Shown one piece after another: positions 19,062 through 27,110 of a DNA stretch of 27,110 bases. The stretch is from the IMG/VR virus record IMGVR_UViG_2534681878_000029; one strand, given 5' to 3'. Positions within the stretch are counted from its first letter, which is position 1, and each line of letters starts with the position of its first letter. The DNA comes from a virus (lineage: Duplodnaviria; Heunggongvirae; Uroviricota; Caudoviricetes). Under the pieces are notes generated by a model that was not told the origin of the DNA, did not search any database, and worked only from the letters and a program-made list of their open reading frames with translations. Both the position numbers and the translations under genes were made by a program.

Positions 19062-19810
19062 ACTGCTTTCTCCTTCTCAGCACGTTCCTGACGAACCTTC
19101 ATTTTATGCATAGCTGCTGGAGAGAGTTTATTACTGAAATCCAGACGGGCCGCATAATCCGGGGCAACTCCCGCCAGTTTAAACACGGGGTCCTGTTCGG
19201 GCATCGCATCGTTAGTCAGAGCCGGTCTGGTGATATGTTTATGAATAAAATCTTTCAGCAGTGTGTCCGGGTCATTAACTGAATGCACCACACCGACAAC
19301 TGCGCTGGCTTCCCTGCCCATTGTTGATTTGAGCAGGCTTAGTGTCTGGATTAGTGCTTTTCCATGCGACTGCATAAAATCTTCCCAGATTTGTTTTGCG
19401 CGAATACCCACAAGGGTGTCGTGCGCGTGGATATACTTTCCGGCTAATTCCGCAGCCTCCTGCGGCAAAAGTGCATTTTCGCTTTCCTGAGCCGCCAGCA
19501 GCTCATCAAAATCCTCAAGCGTTTCTCGTCCCAGCGCAATTTCCGTGCGCAGTTTTTTCATTTCCTTTGAGACTACGCCCTGACTTTCACGAAATAGCGT
19601 GCGCCACTCCTCATTCAGGGCGTTCGTCGTGGCTTCCATTTCAGCGCGGCGCTGGCGGATTGTCGCAATATTATCCGCTGCCGCTTTTTGCTGACGACGT
19701 GCTTCAAGCCATGCAGATTTGGTGGCATTCACTTTCTCAAGCGCCTGTTGCGTCGAAACAGGGATAGAAATTTCAACGATCGGGTTATTGTTCTGTTCTG
19801 GGATTGTCAT
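19058..19810 (-). CDS. sid: Sid-like external scaffold protein (P4 capsid size determination family)
   Basis: 250 aa, Ala/Glu/Gln-rich helical protein upstream of psu in the same operon, divergent from the alpA/primase operon; resembles what I recall of P4 Sid (e.g. EEWRTLFRESQGVVS). Confidence 0.7.
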   Translation of the reverse strand: MTIPEQNNNPIVEISIPVSTQQALEKVNATKSAWLEARRQQKAAADNIATIRQRRAEMEATTNALNEEWRTLFRESQGVVSKEMKKLRTEIALGRETLEDFDELLAAQESENALLPQEAAELAGKYIHAHDTLVGIRAKQIWEDFMQSHGKALIQTLSLLKSTMGREASAVVGVVHSVNDPDTLLKDFIHKHITRPALTNDAMPEQDPVFKLAGVAPDYAARLDFSNKLSPAAMHKMKVRQERAEKEKAV

Positions 19811-19975
19811 GTCAGCACCTAGTGGTTTGTCGTGGTGTCAATTGTGCTGTGATGCATACAAAGCTGCCATTGAACGCCATTGTGCGAGCGACAAGACAAA
19901 GACTGAACCGCCCCGGACCTCTTTTGGCTAGCCAGAAAAGGCCTCGTTTAACTAAGGCTGTTTCAGACTTACCTT

Positions 19976-20196
19976 AACTATTCACTACTATTCACTTAGG
20001 TAAAAAAAATAGGTAATACAGAAGGTTATAAGGTGAAGGGTTGGCATGGCAGTATTCATCGACTGTTCATAACTGTTCACATGGGAATAAAATTATTTAT
20101 GGTATTTTTTCATAATGGGTGGTTTTTTTATTCCTCGTAGCTATTTGTTTTTTGCTCCTCACCACTATTCACCCTTATTCAGGAGTATTCAACAGG
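19976..20196. repeat. Cluster of ~9 degenerate octamer repeats T(A/G)TTCA(C/T): putative primase-binding iterons (P4 crr/ori-like)
   Basis: AACTATTCACTACTATTCAC (19977-19995), TATTCATCGACTGTTCATAACTGTTCACATGG (20053-20084), CACTATTCACCCTTATTCAGGAGTATTCAAC (20163-20193). P4 ori/crr use TGTTCACC-type octamers. Confidence 0.5.
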
Positions 20197-20743
20197 CACA
20201 TAAATAGACTGCATGTTTTTGCCGGGGAATAACATTTTCGCCTCTGGCCATGGTGTTGCATTTCATACTGATTTTTATAAAACTAGATCTGTCCGGTTCT
20301 TTATGGATTCATTCGGATATATTTTACGATTTAAGGTGATGTTATTTAATATCAAGGTTTTTATGCAGGCCCAATGTTTATAAGTTGGATGCGATTCAAA
20401 AATATGCCCGGAAATTGGGGCCTGCAATGCAAGGCCTCGTGTAGAAGTTGTACTGCCTTGCTGTATTGGCGGTGGGGTTAGCACTATCAGGTGCAATGAC
20501 CCATAGGATAGTAAACCCTGGGTGAATGGTAGTTCCTATTAATGCTCCTGTATTTATAGTCCGCAGGCATGGTATTTATTATGTCATTTTATATGGTTTA
20601 ATCGGGCTTTAAATTCCATAAAATCAATATGTGACGCTAAATAAAAAATGCGTGCGCAGGTGGTTTATATACACATAATAAGGAACTACCTGAACCCGGA
20701 TAAATTCATCCGGACTGTTGTGGAAATTAAAGAGGGTAGATAA

Positions 20744-21004
20744 ATGCGTAATATTTCTGTGTCTGCGCCAGCTCCTGCTGCGCCATTATTTCCTGTATCG
20801 AACCATCATGAGCGATTTTTACGCCTGCCTGAGGTGATGCACTTATGCGGGTTGTCCCGTTCGACCGTTTACGACCTGATCAGCCGCGATGCGTTTCCGA
20901 AGCAGATCCCGCTTGGCGGTAAAAATGTCGCCTGGGCACAGTCTGAGGTCAGCGCATGGATGGCGGACCGCATCAGCGCCCGTGGGCGGGGATGTGATGC
21001 ATGA
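20744..21004 (+). CDS. AlpA-family DNA-binding regulator (prophage excisionase/regulatory HTH)
   Basis: 86 aa; [52 protein letters not shown] is the AlpA/MerR-like HTH signature found in P4-like and CP4-57-like elements. Confidence 0.8.
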   Translation: MRNISVSAPAPAAPLFPVSNHHERFLRLPEVMHLCGLSRSTVYDLISRDAFPKQIPLGGKNVAWAQSEVSAWMADRISARGRGCDA

Positions 21005-21554
21005 TGATACCTGCATACATTAAATACCTTTATTCTGGCTTGCTTACTGTCGTCATTTCCAGGTATAGTTTTTCCGCTGTCGCAAAATCGGCAGCCGGAA
21101 TTGGCGTTCCGTATAACTTATTGGCGACAATTGACGCCCCTTGCGTCTTTTTTTACGTCGTAGCTCAGGCACAACCATTTTCAGGGCTGTGGTGTTTATG
21201 CTTACACCATGGTTCTATCGAGATAATGGTAGTCCGGGCGGGGCAGCCTTCGGGCTGGCCGGTTTCCAATAAGGCCGGTTACGCCAACCCCGTTCGGGCT
21301 GCCACCAGTGAAATTGGCGTTTCCGGTGGTAGCAATAACCGCTACTTATTGGAGGCTGCCATCATGGCTACAATCCTCACCCCGTCACACCCGCAATATG
21401 TCTTTGTGTTTGCCGCAATCCGCCGTGCTGACACTCACCCCCGCATCTGTATGCTTCGCACTGTCTCCTGCGATGAGCGTTCCGCGCGCCGTTTGCTAGT
21501 CCGAGATTATGTACTCTCCCTTTCTGCACGGCTGCCTGCCGGGGAGGTGACGCT

Positions 21555-21776
21555 ATGAACCAGTTTGAGATTTCCTACGACGATGTTGTAAGGCTGAAAC
21601 ATTTACGCAATGTGGGTGAGTATGTAACTGGCATGGCAGTCCTGCAGGACTGTTATGAAAAGCCAGCAGGTGCCCAATGCGAACAACTGGTTTCCCTCAT
21701 TTATCTGATGACAGAGCAACTGGATGGAGTGGTGCAACGCTGCCATGACGACCTGATGAATGCGGAGGTGGCCTGA
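21555..21776 (+). CDS. Hypothetical small protein of the P4-like early operon
   Basis: 73 aa, ATGA start/stop overlaps with both neighbouring ORFs, co-oriented with the primase; no motif recognised. Confidence 0.45.
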   Translation: MNQFEISYDDVVRLKHLRNVGEYVTGMAVLQDCYEKPAGAQCEQLVSLIYLMTEQLDGVVQRCHDDLMNAEVA

Positions 21777-22099
21777 TGATATGCTGTGAATCTCTTCTGG
21801 CACTTCGTGCCGCTCTGTATCGCCGTGCCGTTGCCTGTGCCTGGCTGGCTCTAAGCAATCATCAGGAACGTTATTCCGGCCTGACGCTCGCTGAACTTGA
21901 AGATGCCATAGCCCGCGAGCTGGAAGGGTTCTATCTGCGCCAGCATGGGCAGCAAAGAGGGCTGGAAATTGCCTGCGCGTTGCTTTCGGATCTGATGGAG
22001 TCGGGGCCGCTTAAAGCCTGTCCGGTTCTCTCACTGCTCGGAATGACGGTCATGGATGAACTTTGTTCCCGTCACCTCAACAAACCAGCGCTGCACTAA
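21776..22099 (+). CDS. Hypothetical small protein of the P4-like early operon
   Basis: 107 aa, coupled to the upstream ORF (TGATGA overlap) and ends 13 nt before the primase ATG. Confidence 0.45.
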   Translation: MICCESLLALRAALYRRAVACAWLALSNHQERYSGLTLAELEDAIARELEGFYLRQHGQQRGLEIACALLSDLMESGPLKACPVLSLLGMTVMDELCSRHLNKPALH

Positions 22100-22112
22100 G
22101 GAGGGCCGCACA

Positions 22113-24446
22113 ATGTCAGGAATGAAAGTTAGCCAGGCTGAGAAAGCAGCTCGGGGTCACTGGTCAAGAATTTTACCTGCGCTGGGCGTAAATGTACTGA
22201 AAAATCGGCACCAGCCCTGCCCGGTCTGTGCCGGGAAAGACCGCTTTCGATTTGATGACCAGGAAGGGCGGGGAACGTGGTTCTGTAACCAGTGCGGGGC
22301 AGGTGATGGCCTGGCGCTTGTAAGTAAAGTACTGGATGTAGGCATTAGTGAAGCGGCAGACAGAATAAACGGCATTATCGGAAACCTGCTGCCAGTATCT
22401 CAGGGAATGCTTGAATCTGGTTCTCCTGAAAAAGAGGACGGGAGAAAAGCTGCAGCAGTGCTGGCTGCCCGTTTGTTTGATAAGTCCCGCCAGACCACTG
22501 GCAATGCCTATCTGACGAGTAAAGGGTTTCCTGCACTGCCTTGCCGGGAATTAACCGCTATGCATAAAGTCGGTGGTGTGGCATTTCGCGCGGGAGATCT
22601 TGTCGTTCCATTGTATGCAGATGGAGAGCTGGTAAATCTGCAGTTAATCAACGCTAATGGGGGCAAATGCTTCCTTAAAGGCGGTCAGGTTAAGAATGCC
22701 TTTTACCTGGTTGAAGGTACTGCCAAAGCAGCCAAACGGCTCTGGATAGCGGAAGGATATGCCACCGCACTTACTATCAACTATCTGACTGGCGATGCTG
22801 TCATGGTGGCCTTTTCGTCCGTCAATTTCCTTTCCCTGGCGAGCATTGCCTGCAGTGAGTACCCAACGCACCAGATAATTATTGCTGCTGACCGCGATCT
22901 CAACGGTGCGGGGCAAACAAGGGGCGCAGCTGTTACCGGGGCCTGCAATTGCACAATGGCGCTCCCGCCTGTGTTTGGTGACTGGAACGATGCATTCACG
23001 CAAAACGGCGAAGAAGCCACCCGGCATGCAATTCATGAAGTAATAAAACCAGCTGTTGCCAGCCCCTTCGACACAATGAGCGAAGCTGAATTTACCGCGC
23101 TGAGCGTCAGCGAAAAAGCGCAGAGGGTAGTGGATCACTATAAAAATTCACTGGCAGTAGACCCGAACGGGCAGCTCCTTTCATGCTATGAGGCGGGGGC
23201 CTGGAAAGTTATCTATTACGCCGATTTTGCCCGTGATGTCGCTGCGCTGTTTCAGCGCCTCGACGCACCTTTTTCATCCGCGAAAATTGCGTCTCTCGTG
23301 GAAACCCTCAAACTGATCGTTCCGCAACAGCAGAATCCGGCGCGGCAACTTATCGGATTTCGCAACGGTGTGCTCGATACCCGGACAGGATTGTTCAGCC
23401 CGCACGATAAGAAGCACTGGTTACGTACGCTGTGCGAGGTGGATTACACGCAGCCCGTTGACGGTGAGTCACTGGAAACCCATGCCCCGGCATTCTGGCG
23501 CTGGCTGGATCGTGCCGCAGGTTTTAATCCTGAAAAACGGGACATTATTCTGGCTGCATTGTTTATGGTGCTGGCTAACCGTTATGACTGGCAGCTGTTT
23601 CTGGAGGTCACTGGCCCTGGCGGAAGTGGAAAGAGTATTCTTGCTGAAATAGCAACCATGCTGGCGGGTGAAGATAACGCGACCTCGGCAACCATTGAAA
23701 TGCTTGAGTCGCCAAGAGAACGAGCTGCGTTAATAGGTTTTTCACTGATTCGACTTCCCGACCAGGAAAAGTGGAGCGGTGACGGGGCCGGACTAAAAGC
23801 CATCACTGGCGGCGATGCGGTATCCGTTGATCCCAAATATCAGAACGCCTATTCAACCCACATCCCGGCGGTCATCCTGGCTGTGAACAATAATCCGATG
23901 CGCTTCACTGATCGTAGTGGTGGAGTTTCACGCCGAAGGGTGATCCTGCATTTCCCCGACCAGATAGCCCCGGAGGAACGCGATACCCAGCTCAAAGAGA
24001 AAATTGCCAGTGAGCTAGCGGTGATTGTTCGCCAGCTTATGCAGCGTTTCAGCGACCCAATGAGTGCCAGGACATTGCTTCAGTCACAGCAGAACTCCGA
24101 TGAAGCGCTCACCATCAAACGTGATGCTGATTCAGCTTTTGATTTTTGCGGCTACCTTGAGGTCCTACCTGACACCACGGGCATGTTTATGGGGAACGCT
24201 AATATTGTTCCACGTCAGCCTCGAACTTACCTCTACCATGCCTATCTGGTCTACATGGAGGCTAACGGCTATAAAAATACGCTCAGTCTGACCATGTTTG
24301 GCAAGGGGCTACCGTTAATGCTCAAGGAATATGGGCTGCAGTATGAGAAACGACGGACCAATCAAGGAATGCAGACTAATCTGGCCCTAAGAGAGGAAAG
24401 CAATGCTGACTGGTTGCCAAAATGCGATGAGTTTGCAGCGAAATAA
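22113..24446 (+). CDS. P4 alpha-like primase/helicase (zinc-binding domain, TOPRIM primase, D5-like SF3 helicase)
   Basis: 777 aa from the ATG at 22113 (SD AAGGAGG at 22099-22105). N-terminal CPVCAGKDRFRFDD...WFCNQCG zinc ribbon; Walker A GPGGSGKS in the C-terminal helicase; same length as P4 alpha. Confidence 0.9.
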   Translation: MSGMKVSQAEKAARGHWSRILPALGVNVLKNRHQPCPVCAGKDRFRFDDQEGRGTWFCNQCGAGDGLALVSKVLDVGISEAADRINGIIGNLLPVSQGMLESGSPEKEDGRKAAAVLAARLFDKSRQTTGNAYLTSKGFPALPCRELTAMHKVGGVAFRAGDLVVPLYADGELVNLQLINANGGKCFLKGGQVKNAFYLVEGTAKAAKRLWIAEGYATALTINYLTGDAVMVAFSSVNFLSLASIACSEYPTHQIIIAADRDLNGAGQTRGAAVTGACNCTMALPPVFGDWNDAFTQNGEEATRHAIHEVIKPAVASPFDTMSEAEFTALSVSEKAQRVVDHYKNSLAVDPNGQLLSCYEAGAWKVIYYADFARDVAALFQRLDAPFSSAKIASLVETLKLIVPQQQNPARQLIGFRNGVLDTRTGLFSPHDKKHWLRTLCEVDYTQPVDGESLETHAPAFWRWLDRAAGFNPEKRDIILAALFMVLANRYDWQLFLEVTGPGGSGKSILAEIATMLAGEDNATSATIEMLESPRERAALIGFSLIRLPDQEKWSGDGAGLKAITGGDAVSVDPKYQNAYSTHIPAVILAVNNNPMRFTDRSGGVSRRRVILHFPDQIAPEERDTQLKEKIASELAVIVRQLMQRFSDPMSARTLLQSQQNSDEALTIKRDADSAFDFCGYLEVLPDTTGMFMGNANIVPRQPRTYLYHAYLVYMEANGYKNTLSLTMFGKGLPLMLKEYGLQYEKRRTNQGMQTNLALREESNADWLPKCDEFAAK

Positions 24447-24455
24447 CTGACCTAA

Positions 24456-24476
24456 GACCGGCTGTGCCGGTCTTAA
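24456..24476. terminator. Perfect 9-bp stem hairpin AAGACCGGC-TGT-GCCGGTCTT between convergent genes (candidate bidirectional terminator)
   Basis: Inverted repeat 10 nt after the primase stop; no strong U-tract on either side, so function as an intrinsic terminator is uncertain. Confidence 0.4.
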
Positions 24477-24578
24477 ATCCGCTACAGGAAATTATCTCAA
24501 AATATATATCGATAAAATTTAAAAGTTATATGCTAAGGCGTCAGCGGAAAATGCATCTAATTCATTGTTAGATGATGT

Positions 24579-25535
24579 TTATTTTTGAATTGATTTAAAC
24601 ATCCCATCGAGTTGTAATTTATTTATGTCGGTTTTCTTTATGGCTTTAATTAAGTTTTCAATAACTTCCAAAGAAAAAATTACATCTTTCTTTTCAATTC
24701 TAACCCCCCCGTGGTGGCTGCAAGCATTAAGGATGTCCTTTGTAATTTCAACATCATTTTTCATTAATGGTTCATAGTCCAGAGCCTCAATAACAGAAAC
24801 TAAACTACCTAGCATTTGCTCTTGGTATTGAACGTTGTTTAAATGCATTATACGAATATTAACAAGCATGAGAATATATTCTAAATATCTCCTGGCAGTA
24901 TTTCCTTTCTCTTGTAAAGAATCACGATCATATTCCTCAATACTCATGACTTCATTATGTAAAGAGGCTATTTTGTGCTCTGCTAATGAAATATTTATCG
25001 CATCCATGAGGTTTCGTGAGAAGCCTGTAGATGTAACATGACCATTTGCGGGCCTTGTTAAAATACATGTAGTATAGCAATTTATATTTGGGGTCTGGAT
25101 TGTCTCATTTACTCTTTTAACCGTTCTATAAACGTCTACCATATAAGAACCTGAGTTTTCAAATGAACATGAAGAGCATTTTGTATTATATATTCTATTT
25201 AGAGATAACTGATTGTGATAGTATCCCTTTAAGAAAGCATATATAGTGTCATTAAACTCGACAAACACAACGGACTCAATATATATATGGAATTTATCAT
25301 TGGGGTGCCACTCTAATTCAAGTCTTCTTGTAGAGTCATCAAAGGAAAAGTTTGAAATAAAATCCCAGTTACCTAAATCTATAAAATCAACGATATTTCT
25401 ACCTGCACCATGGATATTTTTATTTATTAAAGTTGTGATTGAGTTTTTTATAATGTCCCAATCATGAATTTCATGATCGAATTTATTATTGATGGTTTCT
25501 TTTATTTGATTGGAAAAGTTTGAATAACTAGTCAC
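24579..25535 (-). CDS. Hypothetical AT-rich cargo protein in the second variable region of the P4-like element
   Basis: 318 aa, Asn/Ile/Lys-rich, much lower GC than the flanking primase gene; no recognisable catalytic motif by eye. Confidence 0.6.
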   Translation of the reverse strand: MTSYSNFSNQIKETINNKFDHEIHDWDIIKNSITTLINKNIHGAGRNIVDFIDLGNWDFISNFSFDDSTRRLELEWHPNDKFHIYIESVVFVEFNDTIYAFLKGYYHNQLSLNRIYNTKCSSCSFENSGSYMVDVYRTVKRVNETIQTPNINCYTTCILTRPANGHVTSTGFSRNLMDAINISLAEHKIASLHNEVMSIEEYDRDSLQEKGNTARRYLEYILMLVNIRIMHLNNVQYQEQMLGSLVSVIEALDYEPLMKNDVEITKDILNACSHHGGVRIEKKDVIFSLEVIENLIKAIKKTDINKLQLDGMFKSIQK

Positions 25536-25833
25536 TTGTTAGCCTCAAAATTAATAATGAGTATTAAAATTTAATTGATATTGTCTATAAAATGTAGCGA
25601 TGCAATTTTATTGCAACGAAATGATTTTTACAACATACCATTATCGCTAAACAAAATCGCACCCATCAAATCAACTTACGTTACAATCACTACAAAGCGA
25701 TTGCATTTAAATTCAAAACAGTTTTCTGTTGGGCGCATTTTTTGTTGTACTGGACTAAAGAGAAAAAATGGGGTAAGGAACAAATACCTTCCGTGCTCAA
25801 AAATTAGGTTTTTATGCACTTATTAATCAGTCA

Positions 25834-25853
25834 AGGTGAACAGTAAAGTGTTC
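25834..25853. promoter_or_regulatory. Inverted pair of TGTTCAC octamers (GTGAACA-gtaaag-TGTTCAC): putative primase-binding/origin-like site
   Basis: Same octamer family as the 19976-20196 cluster, arranged as a dyad. Confidence 0.35.
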
Positions 25854-26067
25854 ACTTCTTATCAATCGTTAATTTCATATCTTTTTGAATATTAATGAAA
25901 AAAAACACAATGAGTAGTATGAACAGTTTTCCCCCAAAAAAAGTTTTTTCTGCCTTGAGAATGCGCGGAAAGCGAACGCCTTCACCAATGTGTATAGGGG
26001 TGTGTGTAGTTTAAATCTTCTATTTTAATTTATGTATTAAAATCATTGTGTTGGTGGCGATTATTGG

Positions 26068-26085
26068 TTCCTATTATCGCACCAT
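26068..26085 (+). repeat. attR-like direct repeat of the tRNA-Thr 3' core (17/18 nt, one G deleted)
   Basis: TCCTATTATCGCACCAT versus TCCTATTATCGGCACCAT at 13181-13198; delimits a ~12.9 kb element. Confidence 0.55.
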
Positions 26086-26210
26086 TTAAATCAAGTAGTT
26101 ACCCCATATTTAAATACACCACGTTTCCTCCTGTGCCGCATTTGTGCCATTGTAACCCTGGCAATTAATCAAAATACTGTTCTGACATCAGGCAATGCAG
26201 GTGCAGACAT

Positions 26211-27110
26211 TTAAGCCAATTGCTGCCGCCATTCCTTAACGTGGTCAATCAGAGCGCGGAGCTTTGGTGCAATATTGCGACGCTGTGGGAAATACAGATA
26301 GAAGCCCGGAAATTGTGGAAGAAAGTCATCAAGCAGAGATACAAGCTTACCGCTTTCAATATACGGCCTGAAAGTTTCCTGAGTGGCAATTGTTATTCCT
26401 CCGCCGGCAAGAGCCAGCCTCAACATCAGACGCAGATCATTAGTCGTAATCTGCGGTTCAATCGCAAGGTCGAAAGCTCTCCCGTTTTCTTCAAATGGCC
26501 AGCGATAAGGCGCAACCTCCGGGGACTGACGCCAGCCGATACACTTATGATTCACAAGTTCACGCGGATGAACAGGTGTGCTGTTGGCTGCGAGATAGGA
26601 GGGAGAGGCAACGACCATTTCACGCTGCCTGCCGGTAAGGGGCACAGCAATCATGTCTTTTTCAATGACCTCTCCGAGCCTTACGCCAGCATCGTAACCT
26701 GCGGCCACGATATCGAATTCCTCATCCGTGACAACAATATCAAGCGTAACGGCTGGATTGGCTGCTGCAAACGAAGCGATTAGCGGACCTGAAAGAAATT
26801 CTTCAGCTATTGACGTCACCGCGATTCTGAGAAGTCCGCGTGGCACATGGTCAGAAACCATCTCTTCGAACGCTGCCTCAATACCGGATAAAGGTAATGA
26901 CAGCGATTTATGCAGCCGTTCTCCCGCTTCTGTCAAATTAACTGAGCGCGTGGTCCGCATTACAAGCATTGTCCCGAATGCATCTTCAAGGCGTCTTATT
27001 CCCTGACTGACCGCTGAACGGGTAACGCCCAGCCGTGCGGCGGCTTTACTAAAATTACTCTCTTCTGCTACCGCGATAAAAATGGGTAAAAGATTAAGAT
27101 CGATTTTCAT
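26211..27110 (-). CDS. LysR-family transcriptional regulator
   Basis: 299 aa; N-terminal LysR HTH (LNLLPIFIAVAEESNFSKAAARLGVTRSAVSQGIRRLEDAFGTMLVMRTTRSVNLTEAG) and C-terminal substrate-binding domain; ATG is the last three bases of the window (reverse strand). Confidence 0.9.
   Translation of the reverse strand: MKIDLNLLPIFIAVAEESNFSKAAARLGVTRSAVSQGIRRLEDAFGTMLVMRTTRSVNLTEAGERLHKSLSLPLSGIEAAFEEMVSDHVPRGLLRIAVTSIAEEFLSGPLIASFAAANPAVTLDIVVTDEEFDIVAAGYDAGVRLGEVIEKDMIAVPLTGRQREMVVASPSYLAANSTPVHPRELVNHKCIGWRQSPEVAPYRWPFEENGRAFDLAIEPQITTNDLRLMLRLALAGGGITIATQETFRPYIESGKLVSLLDDFLPQFPGFYLYFPQRRNIAPKLRALIDHVKEWRQQLA

Noticed and set aside
19904-19916. 13-nt exact match to the IS629 terminal repeat (TGAACCGCCCCGG) in the sid-alpA regulatory region
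   Set aside because: Similarity stops after 13 nt and no transposase sequence is adjacent. It is too short to call a solo IS end and could be a chance or target-like motif.
21001-21558. 185-aa ORF between alpA and the small early ORFs
   Set aside because: The implausible N-terminus and GC-rich hairpin content suggest non-coding or RNA-coding sequence. Only a short C-terminal part might be a real small protein; reported as a finding instead.

Overview
This window is a mosaic accessory region of an enterobacterial (E. coli/Shigella-like) chromosome, built from at least three horizontally acquired elements. All calls are from reading the sequence and ORF track by eye; no searches or computations were run. 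(1) 1 to ~11072: a decayed lambdoid prophage with a lambda-type immunity region (cI, OR operators, cro, nutR, cII, frameshifted O, truncated P), two inverted IS629 copies that replace the early-left and late regions, an invertible tail-fibre/pin module and a GIY-YIG nuclease gene, ending at a tRNA-Ser 3' fragment. (2) ~11073 to 13150: an AT-rich remnant with an AppY-like AraC regulator and an IS2-group transposase fragment. (3) 13153 to ~26085: a P4-like satellite prophage (tRNA-Thr att fragment, P4-type integrase, ogr/delta, psu, sid, AlpA, alpha primase). Its int-psu variable locus carries an AT-rich six-ORF cassette (14546-17822) with an Mrr-like PD-(D/E)xK nuclease motif and ABC/SMC-like ATPase motifs; this is the best candidate for an uncharacterised anti-phage system, though possibly decayed. 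A LysR-family regulator closes the window.
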